Part shown: positions 12,434 to 24,880 of the stretch, one piece after another
How positions within the stretch are numbered: position 1 is the first letter of the stretch
Layout of the letters: every line of letters starts with the position of its first letter
Assembly (NCBI GenBank): GCA_028534125.1
Contig: CM052817.1
Coordinates: forward strand, 20,586,001-20,650,000
Source of the DNA: Lama glama
Taxonomy: Eukaryota
Reading direction: 5' to 3'
DNA: 64,000 nucleotides
Notes under the pieces: generated by a model
Told to the model about the DNA's origin: nothing
Seen by the model: the letters and a program-made list of their open reading frames with translations, nothing else
The model's database searches: none
Translations under genes and position numbers: made by a program

Positions 12434-13819
12434 GTGAGGAGTGAGTGAGCCAAAATCTGATTATAGAGAAGCTATTTGGAACAGTACCTTTTGTTGCTAT
12501 TTTTATGGTTGAGAATAGTTGCCTAAATGAAGGGAAAAGTCCAATAGCGTGTTTATATTTGAAGTTGGGAACAGAAATATTTACCCCTACTTCTATGATT
12601 AATGTAAACATTGTTTTCTTAACAAGTATTATATTGAAGTCCAATTAACCAGTTGTACACAACGTAACAACAAAAGCATCACTTGGACTGTACTTCTTAA
12701 ACTAATTATAAATTCCTGGGGAAAAGAAAAAGTGTGCTAAGCCAATATGATAGAACACAGCTTCTTCCACTATGTAGAGCACGCTGCTTTGCTTTTATAA
12801 ACAACCATAGCAAACAGCCCTTCCTGCAACCCACAAATTCTGTACATCTAGCTGTTCTCACCCAATTGAGAGCCACCAACATAATTACAAATGCACATAC
12901 CTGAAAAATACTAACTGAAAAATAGAGAATCTTTATTTGACCTCTAGAGACAAGGAAAACAGGCATGATTCCAGTCAAAATTTAACTCTAGGGGTATAGT
13001 AGCCTCTCAAGGGGATAAAATGATAAGCATTCAGGTGCCATGTGCCTTTCACCCCGGTTCACACAGTTCCAAATCAGACGATTCCTCTTTGAAGCAATGT
13101 GCACGGTTTCACTGCTGAAAACCACTGAAAATATTCCTATATTTCATGTAGACTGTTTTTTTTTTTTTAAAGTAAATTGACCTAAGTAAGTTTGCTAGAA
13201 TTATAGGCTCTACTTAGGTCGTAGGAACAGAGGCCAGGATTTGTGCAAGGATGCTAACAAAACTGGCTTCTGGTCCATGATTTGAATAGGCATAGAGATA
13301 TAACCCAAGAAAACTGGAAGAATACACTAAAAACCAGTAACAAAACTTCACCAAAGTAGCAGGTTTCTTTAAATAAACCTATGCTTTACTGATTAATGCA
13401 AATTTTACTGCAACTGTGGCATGAAATAATTATTCTTTGAGATATTCTCAGCTCAACTTAATAGATAAATCAAGGGGGAGAATGACACTTGTGTCTGTTA
13501 TATTGATTCTGTCTATAGTTATAGCCCCAAATATTTTGACATGTGCATTCCTGTAATATCTGAAGTTCCGCTCCATTTATAATCATAATTCTCCTGCTGA
13601 GAGCACGGCTTGTGCCGACGCCAGCCTGCGCCTCTCTCCCTGAGGTCAGCAGAAAAGTAATTTATATATTTTAATTAGTCTCAACTTTAGCTCTGAGTGG
13701 ATGGCTTTCTCTTAAATCATAACACTTCCATAGTTAAATGCATCCCTTTAAGAGTAATAGCTGTTTTCACATTATTCATTCACGTACAGCTTTTTGAAAA
13801 GGCACAGTTGGTTTGGAAA

Positions 13820-13882
13820 AATAAAATAAATCATGCTTGTTGAAAATTTCTTTTAAAATCCTCACCAAGTGTTTGTGTGTTT
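13820..13882 (+). terminator. Candidate polyadenylation signal
   Basis: Overlapping AATAAA hexamers at 13820-13830 followed by GT-rich gtgtttgtgtgttt at 13869-13882, within a TE-free stretch. Confidence 0.35.
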
Positions 13883-14264
13883 TAAGCTTCTTGATCACCC
13901 CCCAGCCTCCCAGCCAGAAGCATACTTTCATTTAAATGTGTTTATTTTAGATTCTTTCTTCATTGCAGAATTTCCAACTGAAAGATTTTACATAAAGGAC
14001 AATGAACAGGTCCAAAGCAAATCTTAACCCGTAGTAGTAGTAGTTTTAGTTTATTCACCAAGAAGTTTTTCTGTAAGAAGTTTCCACACAGTAAACATTT
14101 CACCACCAAAAAAAGTGCTAAAATTTTTTTTTTTCTTTAGAAATTGCAACACTCCTTTCTTGGCTCTAAGCTTCATTTTTTTTCATTGCTCACGAAATAT
14201 ATTAAACCAGTTTCTTCACTTCAAGTGACATTAAATGAAATAGATTTTCTTTCCTTTTGTACAG

Positions 14265-14289
14265 ATCCAGCACTAGCCTATTGGGTTAT
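14265..14289 (+). other. Candidate 25-nt exon or start of an alternative terminal exon (phase 1 read-through DPALAYWVM*)
   Basis: Very strong acceptor ttttctttccttttgtacag|; donor tat|gtaagc. Confidence 0.35.
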
Positions 14290-14754
14290 GTAAGCAAAAC
14301 AAAGCCATTTTCCTCAAACTCATTTGGATCCCAGAGGGTGGATACAAATCCTGCTAAGGTTTTGAATGAGAAAAGCTTCTTTTTTGGCCTTAGAGATTTA
14401 CTTCATAGCTATTGGGACCACATTTCCCATGGTCCTCTAGTGGCTAGGGAAAATCTTTCCCATTTATAAGAAACTGACATATATTAAACATTGGGGATAC
14501 ACATTTAATTTCATTCCATACGTATGGTAAGTATAGTCTATGTGCTGCATTATACTAAGTTTGTAGGAGAGGGCGGGGAAAGAGAGAGAGAAAAATAAAT
14601 ATGGGACAGAGACTTGGCCTTAAAAAAATTACGGGAAGAAGCCATGCATGCAGATGATAACTAATTCCCAGTGCAGGACAGAGTATCCTTTATCACTAGA
14701 CTTTGAAGTAGAAGCAATACTAAAACAAGGAGTGAGACTGATTAGTAAGAATAA

Positions 14755-14980
14755 TAAAAGCAATAACAACGTCTAATACATATTGAACATTGACTATATA
14801 CTAAGCACTGTTGGGTGTACTTTCTATTAACTCAGTATTTTCAGCAGTCTTAAATCAGAACTATTTTATTCCCATTTTAAAGATGAGAAATCAGTTTAGA
14901 GTGATTAATATGGTAAGATCTTGCAGTTCCCTGGCTGAAACAACACTGAAAACCAGGTAGTCTAGCTTGAGGGCACATGG
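14755..14980 (-). mobile_element. MIR SINE
   Basis: catattgaacattgactatatactaagcactgt...ttattcccattttaaagatgagaaa...aaaaccaggtagtct. Confidence 0.75.
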
Positions 14981-15819
14981 GATGGCCTGAGGCCCTAAGG
15001 AGGGGTCAAAGTGAAACATAAAAAAGCAAAACAGAACGAAAATCCCCCAAATCTTCACTGACAACTTCACCGTGTGAAATCGTATCTCTGTGACAATGCA
15101 GCAAGTCAAATTTCTGAGTTTTATTTCTCCTCTTGAATGTGAAGAATTATTTGGCCTACAGCTTGCAGGGTTTCTTGAATTTCAGATGGTTTATCTTGTA
15201 AAAGAACTTGGTAAAATTGCTCCGCGGATGTCAGTTTTTTTTTTATCTGTTATTGAAGTTTCCTTTTCCTTTTTTTCTTTTTCCAAGAGGAACTAAGTGC
15301 TGCTTCAACTGCTTCTAAAGGGAAGTTTGTGGGAAGCTGGGAGTATTTATCGGCTCTGAGTCTCACCCCAGTCACAGGTCTTGACACTGAAAGTGATGCA
15401 GAGAGAAGGAAAGGCACCTGAGTGCAGGTGCCCCAGGCAAAGCCACCTTTGCCCGGGAGAGAAAGCTGTCTGCCCCCGTGAGGAAGCGTCCATCTCTGTT
15501 GTTACAACCGGCCTTTCTTCACAACAGGATCAGCTTTGAAAGGGAAAAACCAAGTTCACAACAGGTTACATATGTGAAAAAACTTAAAGTAGGCAAGCAG
15601 TGATTTCCAAGACTTTCTCCCTAGTAACATACTGTTAGGTTATCAGCATAGCATGGTTTCAAAGATTTAAGATTTTTGTCACTGTGTTTGGTTAACATTA
15701 TTTCATTGAAAAATCAAATGAAGGACTCTAACCATTTTACAGTAGAAGCAGAAACAGGCCCAATGTATATGTTTTTATAAATAAAATGTGGTGAATATAT
15801 AGCTGTATATAGCAGTTTA

Positions 15820-15962
15820 GCTGCCCCGCCCAGCATGGTAACCATTACACCTGTACAGCTACTATTTTTAAATTAATTAAAATAAAAATTTAGATCCTCG
15901 TCACAATAGCCATGATTTTCCAGCATGCTTTACTACTGCAGAAAGTTCTGTCGATGGTGCTG
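15820..15962 (-). mobile_element. MER3-like DNA transposon remnant
   Basis: atttttaaattaattaaaataaaaatttagatcctcgtcacaatagcca...actgcagaaagttctgtcgatggtgctg. Confidence 0.6.
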
Positions 15963-15967
15963 ATACA

Positions 15968-16200
15968 GAGTTGTGGTTAACAGGTCAAGCTGGACTCTAA
16001 CTTCCTGCGGTTCAGTCCAGCTTCGTTTTCTAGCAGTGTGACCTTGGTCAAGTTCATCTACAGTATCATTCTTCACATGGAAAGTGGGGATGTTAATAAT
16101 ACCTATCTCATTTAGTTGTTATGAGAACTACATGAGGTAATATATGGAAAATACTTGGTATCTGGCGCAAAGGGCTTCTTAAATGCTGGCTGTTATTATT
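15968..16200 (+). mobile_element. MIR SINE
   Basis: gtggttaa...ggttcagtccagct...tagcagtgtgaccttggtcaagtt...aaagtggggatgttaataatacctatctca...gttgttatgag. Confidence 0.8.
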
Positions 16201-16859
16201 AGGGACTAGCCATATTTTTCCAAGTCATTAAATTAAATGTAATTAATTGTTTAGAAAAGGATCCATTACACATCCCAAGATTAAAATCATTATGCTAATA
16301 GACACCTGTGAAGTTTAAAAGTAACACATTTCACTTCCATTTATTCATATATCGGCTCACTTTCAAAAAGGATTTGAGGCTATTAACAAAAATTTTTAAA
16401 GGACAGACACAACAGAACTAAAAATGATTAACCTAATTTTAAAAAAACAAAAACAAAAACCAATGAGGAAGATGGGGATTTATAGAAGACCAGGCTTAAC
16501 GGAAGCTATTGCAATTGAACAGCAGACATTAGCTGAGGCTCCCTGTAGCTATGGCCAAAGGGAGACGTGTAATTTAGGCACAATCTTAGTTTAAAGTTTT
16601 TAAAAATTCAGATTGCATCCAAATAGATGTCAGAAAAGTTTCAGAGTTGCACCCATGTACAACGTGAACCTTAACTCACTTTTCTGAAGTAACAGAACCT
16701 TATAGAACTGGTGGGAAATGTCCTATTACACATAGCTATTTTAATAGCCTACTATTGTTTGTAGATTAAAAAAAAAGCAGATACAATCAATAGGCCCTAC
16801 TAATCACCTAGGGGAAAGCTAAGAAAATGTGAAACACCAGCTTAGAGGTGGGGTACTGA

Positions 16860-17095
16860 TGTAACAGCGGTTTAGCACTGAAGGTAGAGTCTGACTGTGT
16901 GGACTGAATCTCTCTCCTACATTATGAGCTGAATGATTTGGAAAACTCCCTAATCCCTCTGTGTCTCAATTTCCCATCTGTAAGATGGAGATAACAATTG
17001 GAACACTCTCACAGGCTTTTGTGGAGGATGAAACAGCAGACTGCCTGACGCTTAGTGCATAGACAATACAAGCAGTATTTAGTGTTCGTCAGTAG
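16860..17095 (+). mobile_element. MIR SINE
   Basis: cctaatccctctgtgtctcaatttcccatctgtaagatggagataacaat (MIR core). Confidence 0.8.
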
Positions 17096-19227
17096 CAGCG
17101 AATGGCTGCCTGTGATTTTGGAGAATTCTCCTAACTCTTCTCATTCTTCATTTTCCTCCTGAAAGTCTGGTGGAGAAGAAGGCTTTTGTCCATTGTCTGT
17201 ATTGCAGAGATTATCACAGTAGAAAATAATAATTCAAAAATCTTAGTATAAAAGTAAGAACTTAAGAAATTTAGTTTTAATTTTCTATTTTTCCTAAAAG
17301 TGCTTTTCAGTATTTGTGTGTTTTGATGCAGTTGGTAAAGGGTGTAGTTTTATGTGCTTTTTGCTCTTGTTATTGTTTTCCTTTTTTAAAAAATATTTGG
17401 ACACTCTGGGAATAATTGTCTAAAGAGTTCTTCAACTTTAGAGGGAAAAAAGAGCAATATATGCTAATGGAAATTACTTAGAGAAACCTGAGTAAATCTA
17501 GTAATTGCATGCCATCTGTGGTAAGGAAATTAAATAGTGCACTTAACGTGATTCAATAATTAAATATGTATTTATTAAATCATTTGTAATAGCTTTTGTA
17601 TGTGACCTCAGGTCTCAAAGGCAACCACATAGTGATTACCCTTGAAGCTTCACTGAAAAGTGAATTACAGAATCAGCTTTCTTTTCTTTTACTGCCTGAA
17701 CATGCTGTACCTGGAAACCTCATTATAAAAGTAACCTTCCTGTTACTCACAACTCTTGCGCACAACTTAATCACTGCAGTAGGACGTGGGGTGAGAGTTG
17801 CAAAGGGTGGGGGTGAATGTCATGAAAAGTTGACAATAAACAGAAACAGAAAATTACCTGTGGGAGATGGCAGATGATCAGAGATACTGAGACAGAAGGC
17901 AGACACTCTGCACGGCAGCTGGAGAGGAGAAAAGGTACATTAGTCAAATGAATTATGAGAAAAAAAAAAAGAAATCAAATTCCAGAGAAATGCTAAGAGT
18001 GTCTTCCTTTTATTCGTTTTATTCAGATTTTGAGATACATTCTTTAGCTGCCCTCTCCTTTTTTGTGAGTATGTTACTTAGGGAAAAATATTTGAATTTT
18101 GGCTTTTGAGGAAGAGAATAGAATTCAAGTGACTAACTTAGGAAATGTTTCATAAAACAGGCTGAGTTTAAGTTGGTGAACTTGAGTGATTTACTTAAAA
18201 ATCACATTCTCACAGATCGTGTCCAAGTGTTTGTTTTATAAATCCATGAATTAACACTCAGGATGTGCATTCTTACTTCTAAACTAGATTTCCTGGGCAA
18301 TCTGGTGAAAATAAATACTACAAAAATTTTAAATGGATGTTAGTGTTTCTTTCTCTTCCTGACTTTCGCTTGTTAATTTACAGGGTTTCCTTTTAAGGAA
18401 TAACAGCTGTAAAATAGCCTTTGAAATTCCAGTTTAACCTCTTTGTCCTATTTCCTGAAACCAAATGGACGTTTTGTTATTGTAACTCCTACACCCAGAG
18501 ATTGCCATTCTGTTTTGTCCATCCTTTTCATTTTCCACAGCTCAGTAAAGTTCATATTAAGGGAAATCCTTTCAAAAAGTCATTTTAAGGAAAAAGTTTC
18601 CCTTGAGCTAATATAGTTCTTATTTCTTCTATTTTCAACCTCAGCTCCACTGTATTCTCAAATTTGCAGAGTTATGTAATTTTAGATAAGTCCCTCGCCC
18701 GTTACCTACGGTGGCCACGCTTTACATTCCATCAAATAATACACCAAATCCTTCTGCACCTATGAGAGTTCAGTCTAGATGCTTTAATAATCAAAATACA
18801 GAGATCATTTGGAAAATAAGTGACATATGAATGAGAGACATTGAAAGGAATCCAATTTTCTATACCATGTGTTATAACTAAATATGTAATTGAATTGTGT
18901 AATGAAAATAGAAAATAATATTAACACTGAAATATTTTCTGTCTAACATCTTGTAGCTTTAAAATGGCAGATTAGCTCTACTCAAGTAGTCGATTGCCAA
19001 ACGTATCGCTGTAGCAGGATAACATTTTTTTTAGGTCGTTTGTTCCACCTGCTTCCATGTTTTGGCATAGGAAAACCTCACTCCAATTAGTGGAAATAGC
19101 GAAGCAGCTGTTTGCGATGTCAGTAGAGAAATATTGTTATTTTCGTTGAAAGCAACTAAACTGATTAATATGAAAATTGAAGGTACACACAGACACATTG
19201 TATATATTTTTTCTCTTTATAATACAT

Positions 19228-19612
19228 GTTTTAACTGAAGTATAGTCAGTTTACAATGCTGTGTCAATTTCTGGTGTACAGCACAATACTTCAGTCATAT
19301 AGGAATGTACATATATTCATTTTCATATTCTTTTTAACCATAAGTTACTATAAGATAGTGAATATAGTTCCCTATGCTATACAGTATAAACTTCTTGTTT
19401 ATCTATTTTATATATAGTAGTTAGAATCTGCAAATCTCGAACTCCCAATTTATCCCTTCCACCCCCTTCCCCGCTGGTGACTGTAAATTTGTTTTCTATG
19501 TCTGTGAGTCTTTCTGTTTTGTAAGTAAGTTTGTTTGGCTTTTTTTTTTTTTAAGATTCCACATGTAAGTGCTATCATATGGTATTTTTCTTTCTCTTTC
19601 TGGCTTACTTCA
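19228..19612 (-). mobile_element. Cetartiodactyl-type L1 3' end, 5'-truncated
   Basis: actgaagtatagtcagtttacaatg...tttctggtgtacagca...agattccacatgtaagtg; the minus-strand ORF contains EVSQKEKEKYHMIALTCGI, the L1 ORF2 C-terminus. Confidence 0.92.
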
Positions 19613-20602
19613 TTATATATTTTTGTTAATATAATACACAATTTCTACACAGGACCTGCCGGAAGTTACAACAGAAACCACTAACAATGTGGTTAAAAAG
19701 TTCTGGCAACTTCTAATAGAGCAAAATTTAAATCACTAAATTAGATATATTTTGAGAATTAAAGATTTGTCATTAATTAATTGTATTGTTATCAGGAACT
19801 ATTTTCCTATGTCAACACCATCTCTATCCCCAGTCTACACAGCAATTATGTATTGGGATATTTTCAAAAAAATAATTTTGGACCAATTTTCTTACTAACT
19901 AGCCATAAAGATTTTCTTTATGCTGAAACAAACCCCATATTTGCTTTTTGCTGAAGTATATTGCTGCAGATGATAAAGACAGAACTGAAAACTTTGATAT
20001 TCATTGACTGCTGAGGTAAAGATGAATTTTTTTGTAAAACTCCAGAAAGCAATACTTAGGAGGTCAAATTTTTTTTTTTATTGACATAGGACTAAAGGTG
20101 AATGTTTGGGGGAGTTTGGATAAAACTAGTTTTGCCACATTTGAATTAAATGCTGGAGAGGAGGGGAAAATGTGTTCCCTGCTGGACCATAAGACTCCAA
20201 CAGTTTCTTTTGCCTGCAAAATTAAAAAATGTCTTGTGGTATAAACCTCAAACTCAGAATAGTGTCCTCCTTATGGTATTGAGAAAAATGCAGTCAGAGC
20301 AAAAGCAATCCACATTCACATTTATAAAGCTGAGAGCATTTTGAAATTCATGCCTGGATGAGCATCATATAAGCATTTTTCTGGCTTCTCAAACCGACCT
20401 TTCTACTGCGGGACTCTTTTAAAGAGTTAGAAACAAGGGAAATCACAGATTTAAATATTAGGAACATATTTGTGCAAATCCTCTTTTGTGTGGACCTAAT
20501 GGAGTTTTTAATCTGTTTGCTTGTTTTGCGCTTTTTGTAATTCTTTACGTTTTACTTTTTTATTTTTTTAAGTTAAAATAGGCAATTTAAAGCAACATTT
20601 TA

Positions 20603-20755
20603 GGGAGGACGGTATAGCTCAGTGGTAGCATGCATGCTTAGGATACACAAGGTCCTGGATTCAATCCCCAGTACCTCCATTAAAAATAAATAAATAAACC
20701 TAATGACCCCTCAAAACTGAGCTATTTCAATAAACAAATAAGTAAAACATTTTAA
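20603..20755 (+). mobile_element. tRNA-Ala-derived SINE (camelid vic-1 type), full length with 14-bp TSD
   Basis: A-box tagctcagtgg, B-box-like gattcaatccc and A-rich tail; TSD aaagcaacatttta (20589-20602) / aaagaaacatttta (20756-20769). Confidence 0.9.
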
Positions 20756-21870
20756 AAAGAAACATTTTACTTAATGATTGCAGCAGGCCTGATTAAATTG
20801 GAAAACAAGGAACATTAATAAGAATCAACTTTAACTTGATCTGATTATCTCTAGTGTTTGACACCATGAGTTAGAAGTCAAAATTACATTTTCAAAAGGG
20901 CTCTAACTCAGAGCTTGTGCTTTTGTATTAAAAATATATTTGTGTTCCACCTAGTGTAAAATCAGTATTCTGAAGCCTTCGGAGAGAACATTTAACCATA
21001 AAATAACTTGCCTAGTTTTCAACTCTTGCCATATGCTTTAAATAGATGTAATAGTTTCAAGAAAAAAAGACATCTAGACGAATGCTTAATCAGCCCTGCA
21101 TGTACAGGAAGTAATAAAGAAAACTGTTGCAGAAGGAATTTGATCATTTTGAGCCTCATTTCTCTCTTTCTGTATTTAAATAAGTAAAAAGATTAGGATG
21201 GTAATTCCAACCTTCAGAGTAGTTTGGAAACAAGCAAATTATATGGACATGATAGAAATTGAGTGCCAGTCCCCTTACCTTCCCCTGATAACTATGTTGA
21301 AATATATTTTTTCTCATCCAAATAGCTGACTTACTACCTCTCCTGAACCTACACAGAAAAATCAAGCCCATTATCATTTTGTGGGTTCTTATATCTCTCT
21401 TTTAATCATTACGGTCAAAGTAAGTCAAGGTAAATAGAGACATTAGGTTCCATTGACAAGGGCAACCATAAGGTCATAGTTTGTAGCAGATGTGGAATGT
21501 ATTGTTAGATTATTCATCAAAGAAATCAAATGGGCAGATAAAAATGCATTAAGCCATTTTATACGAAGGTATTAAAGAACTGTGCTGCTGTAAGAAAGTG
21601 CATCAAATTGCTTTTCTATTCAGTATGTCAATTGAAATATGGACAATATTCTTGGAACTTGGTCTGTTTTGTAAAATTCAACAGGGATCTTTATTCCTGA
21701 TATCTGGCTCCTTTCCAAGCTTGTTAAGTGTCTGGTAAAGTATCTTGGGTTACAGGCTAATTTAATAGAATTCTAGGTTTTGGGACCATTTCTTTTCCTT
21801 TTTCTTTTCTTTTTTTCCTTCTTTTCTCCCTTCCACACAATTAAGACACTTTCTAATGTTGGTATACATG

Positions 21871-22221
21871 TTATTCATTTTCTTTGAAGCATAGCTGACA
21901 CACAATATTATGTTAGTTTCAGATGTACAACTTAGTGATCCCACAATCAGACACGTTATGAAAGGATGGCTACGACAAGTCCAGTAACTATCTGTCACCA
22001 CACAAAATTACGGAGGTATTATTGACTACATTCCTTATGATGTCTGTTACATCCCTGTGGCTTATTTATTATATAACTAGTACTTTCTACCCCTTAATCC
22101 GCTTCACCCATTTCACTCAACTCTCCACTGCCCTTCCCTCTGGCAACCACCACTTTGCTCTCTGTATCTGTAAGTTTGTTTCTGTGTGGCTTTGTTGGTT
22201 TGTTTTGGTTTTTAGATTCCA
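21871..22221 (-). mobile_element. Older L1 3' end (L1MA9-like)
   Basis: tgaagcatagctgacacacaatattatgttagtttcagatgtacaac...ccctctggcaaccacc...tttagattcca; possible TSD ggtatacatg at 21861-21870 and 22222-22231. Confidence 0.8.
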
Positions 22222-22248
22222 GGTATACATGAGATCTGTATACATTTT

Positions 22249-22249
22249 T

Positions 22250-22288
<39 letters not shown>

Positions 22289-22841
22289 TTTTTATTGACA
22301 TACAGTCAGTTTACAATGTTGTGTCGATTTCTGGTGTACAGCATAATGCTTCATCCATACATGAACATACATATATTTGTTTTCATACTCTTTTTCATCA
22401 TAAGTTACTACAAGATATTGAATATAGTTCCCTATACTATACAGTATGAACTTGTTGTTTAATCTATCATATATATATATACATACATATACATATATAT
22501 ATATGAGTATCTGTAAATCTTGAACTCCCCACTTATCTCTTCCCACCCTCTTCCACTCCTGGTAACCAGAAATTTGTTTTCTATGTCTGCGAGTATGTTT
22601 CTGTTTTGTAAATAAGTTTGTCTCTTTTTCTTTGGATTCCACATATAAGTGATATCATATGGTATTTTTCCTTCTCTGTCTGGCTTACTTCACTTAGAAT
22701 GACAATCTCCAGGTCTGTCCATGTTGCTGCAAATGGCATTATTTTATTATTTTTTATGGCTGAGTAGTATTCCATTGTATAAATATACCACAGCTTGTTT
22801 ATCTAGTCATCCATCTGTCGATGGACATTTAGGTTGTTTCC
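22249..22841 (-). mobile_element. Young L1 3' end with perfect 15-bp TSD; includes ORF2 C-terminal coding remnant
   Basis: TSD atctgtatacatttt at 22234-22248 and 22842-22856, followed by aa (TTTT/AA endonuclease site); ORF 22581-22775 MEYYSAIKNNKIMPFAATWTDLEIVILSEVSQTEKEKYHMISLICGI; (TA)n in the tail at 22252-22283. Confidence 0.95.
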
Positions 22842-24609
22842 ATCTGTATACATTTTAAATCAGAAACTGACTGAGGTGGGAATCATGAGGTGATAACCAC
22901 AAGGATAAGGGGTATAAATGGATTATTTAATTTTTTTTTAGATGAATAATCAGGAACAGTTTAGTCAACTCTCAGCTTTATAACAGTTAGCTATCAAATA
23001 ACTGTCACATTTTAAAGTTATAAACATAATTCATTTACTTATAATGTTTGAGAGTATACTTAGTAATCAAGGAAATTTACAAACCGCAGGTACAAAATGG
23101 AATATAAAAAATTTTGAAAACAGTATTCCTAGTATATAATGATTTCTTAAGGTCTACTTTTCCAGTGATATTGTCATTTAAGTTAATCCAAAGCAAGTAT
23201 TATTTTTATTATAACATCCTTGCTTTTTTAGTCAGATATTTTAATTACATAAACATTTACTACAAATAACCTATAATTTGTTCAGGCATCAAGTGAATTA
23301 GCAAATGTCAGTTATCACCAGATCATCTTATTAGAAACAATAGTTATAGTTTAAATCTCAGAGTTTTCATTTGAAGTTCTGTAAGTGGATTAAAAACTGG
23401 AAAACATAGTCTCTAGTCAGAGAGACTTTGTTCTTTGTGATTATATATATATGGAGAGAGAGCGCCACACCATGATCTTTCTCTGGGAAAGGAGACTAGG
23501 CATAATATACACAGAGCGCTATTGTGACTTATTTGTCACATAAATTTCATATGTGTATTACATGGTTTACAGTTACCAATGGTATGTGATAAGGGAAGGC
23601 CCTGTCTTGGAGAAAAGGATTAAATAATTATGGAATTTAATAATTTATATGTAGAATAAATAAGATATTTTGTAATGTCCCTGTCACATAGAATTCCATT
23701 CTGTTATGTTGGCGTCCGTGTTATTTATAACCTCTTGTAAGTGGAACATTTTTTTTTCTAGGGATTTCCAGTTTAGGTGGTGATTTGCAAATAATTATCT
23801 CAGGAATTTCGGCTAATAATACAGCAAAGAAAACCTTATGAAGACTTCTGAAAACAGTAATAGTTTTAATTATGATTTGGTTAATAGTAAGTTTGTTTTC
23901 AGTGTTAAAGTATATATTGTAATGTAAACTCATTTAAAATCTTGATTTAAAAGAAGTGTGCATTGCTATAGAAAAGAGGACATGGCCTACTTAAATCTTA
24001 CAGCAAAAATCTAGCCAGAGGGGGAAAAATGAGGAAAACACACCAGAATTATAAAAATGTTTGAAATGCTGCTATGAAAGTGTGAAATATATATAGATAT
24101 ACTTAACTTTAGAATCATAAAAAATGAGACATTTAATAATGTTATTTACTTGGCTCTTATTCAGAGTTAACCGGAAATTACTGCTCTACCATTTCCCGAA
24201 AAAAGGTTTATAGCAATATACTTTGGAATTATTTGTTTCTGTAGCTAATCTATGATAAGCAGCTTGTATTACACCTAGTGAGAATTTAAGTGGGAAAAAA
24301 AAGGATAAAAAGATGAAAGAAGAGAAATAAAGAGGAAACAAGAGAAGAGAGAGGAGAAGGAGTTGAGGTGACTGCTGAGAAAGGAAGGGAAAGGAAAATA
24401 TAATAGCACACAGGCTAGCTGATGAATCACACATTTCTTTTGCAATTCTACATTAATTTTATCTTAGCATAAATTGTTAGGGCCAAAATATTCAATGAGA
24501 ATACATTTTTTTCCTGTCACTTCCCAGCGATGTACAGAAAGCTCTAAAACTTGAGGTGTGTAATGCATTCCTTAAAATGGTGTAATACTCTTTCCTTAAA
24601 TGACATCAC

Positions 24610-24880
24610 AGGAAGACTACCTGTTAGACAAAAATGTGGTATCGTTTAGTTTGCAAGTAAATGTCACTTTAAAGACATCTCTCTAGTCCCCCATTCATTT
24701 TCTTCCTTGTCACATGATTTTAGTTTCCTGCACAAGATTCATCATTACCTGACAAATACTTGTTTATTTATTTGTTTTGTATGTATGCCCTATTACTAAA
24801 TGTAAGCTAATGAGAGGAGAGAGATTGTCTTGCATGGTTTATGGAAGACAATCAATATTTACAGAATGAATGAATAAAAT
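24610..24880 (+). mobile_element. L2 LINE 3' end
   Basis: actaaatgtaagctaatgagagg...caatatttacagaatgaatgaat (L2 3' tail). Confidence 0.7.

Noticed and set aside
19196..19640. Approximately 30-bp TSD around the 19.2-kb L1
   Set aside because: The flanks are similar but low-complexity AT-rich sequence with several mismatches, so a TSD cannot be claimed.
20603..20680. tRNA-Ala gene (also 33941-34018)
   Set aside because: Anticodon and acceptor arms are disrupted, and an A-rich tail and TSD are present, so these are SINE heads.
22022..22775. Cluster of long overlapping ORFs (146, 116, 66, 64, 61 aa)
   Set aside because: They fall within L1 3' ends and (TA)n repeats; only the ORF2 C-terminal remnant is recognisable.
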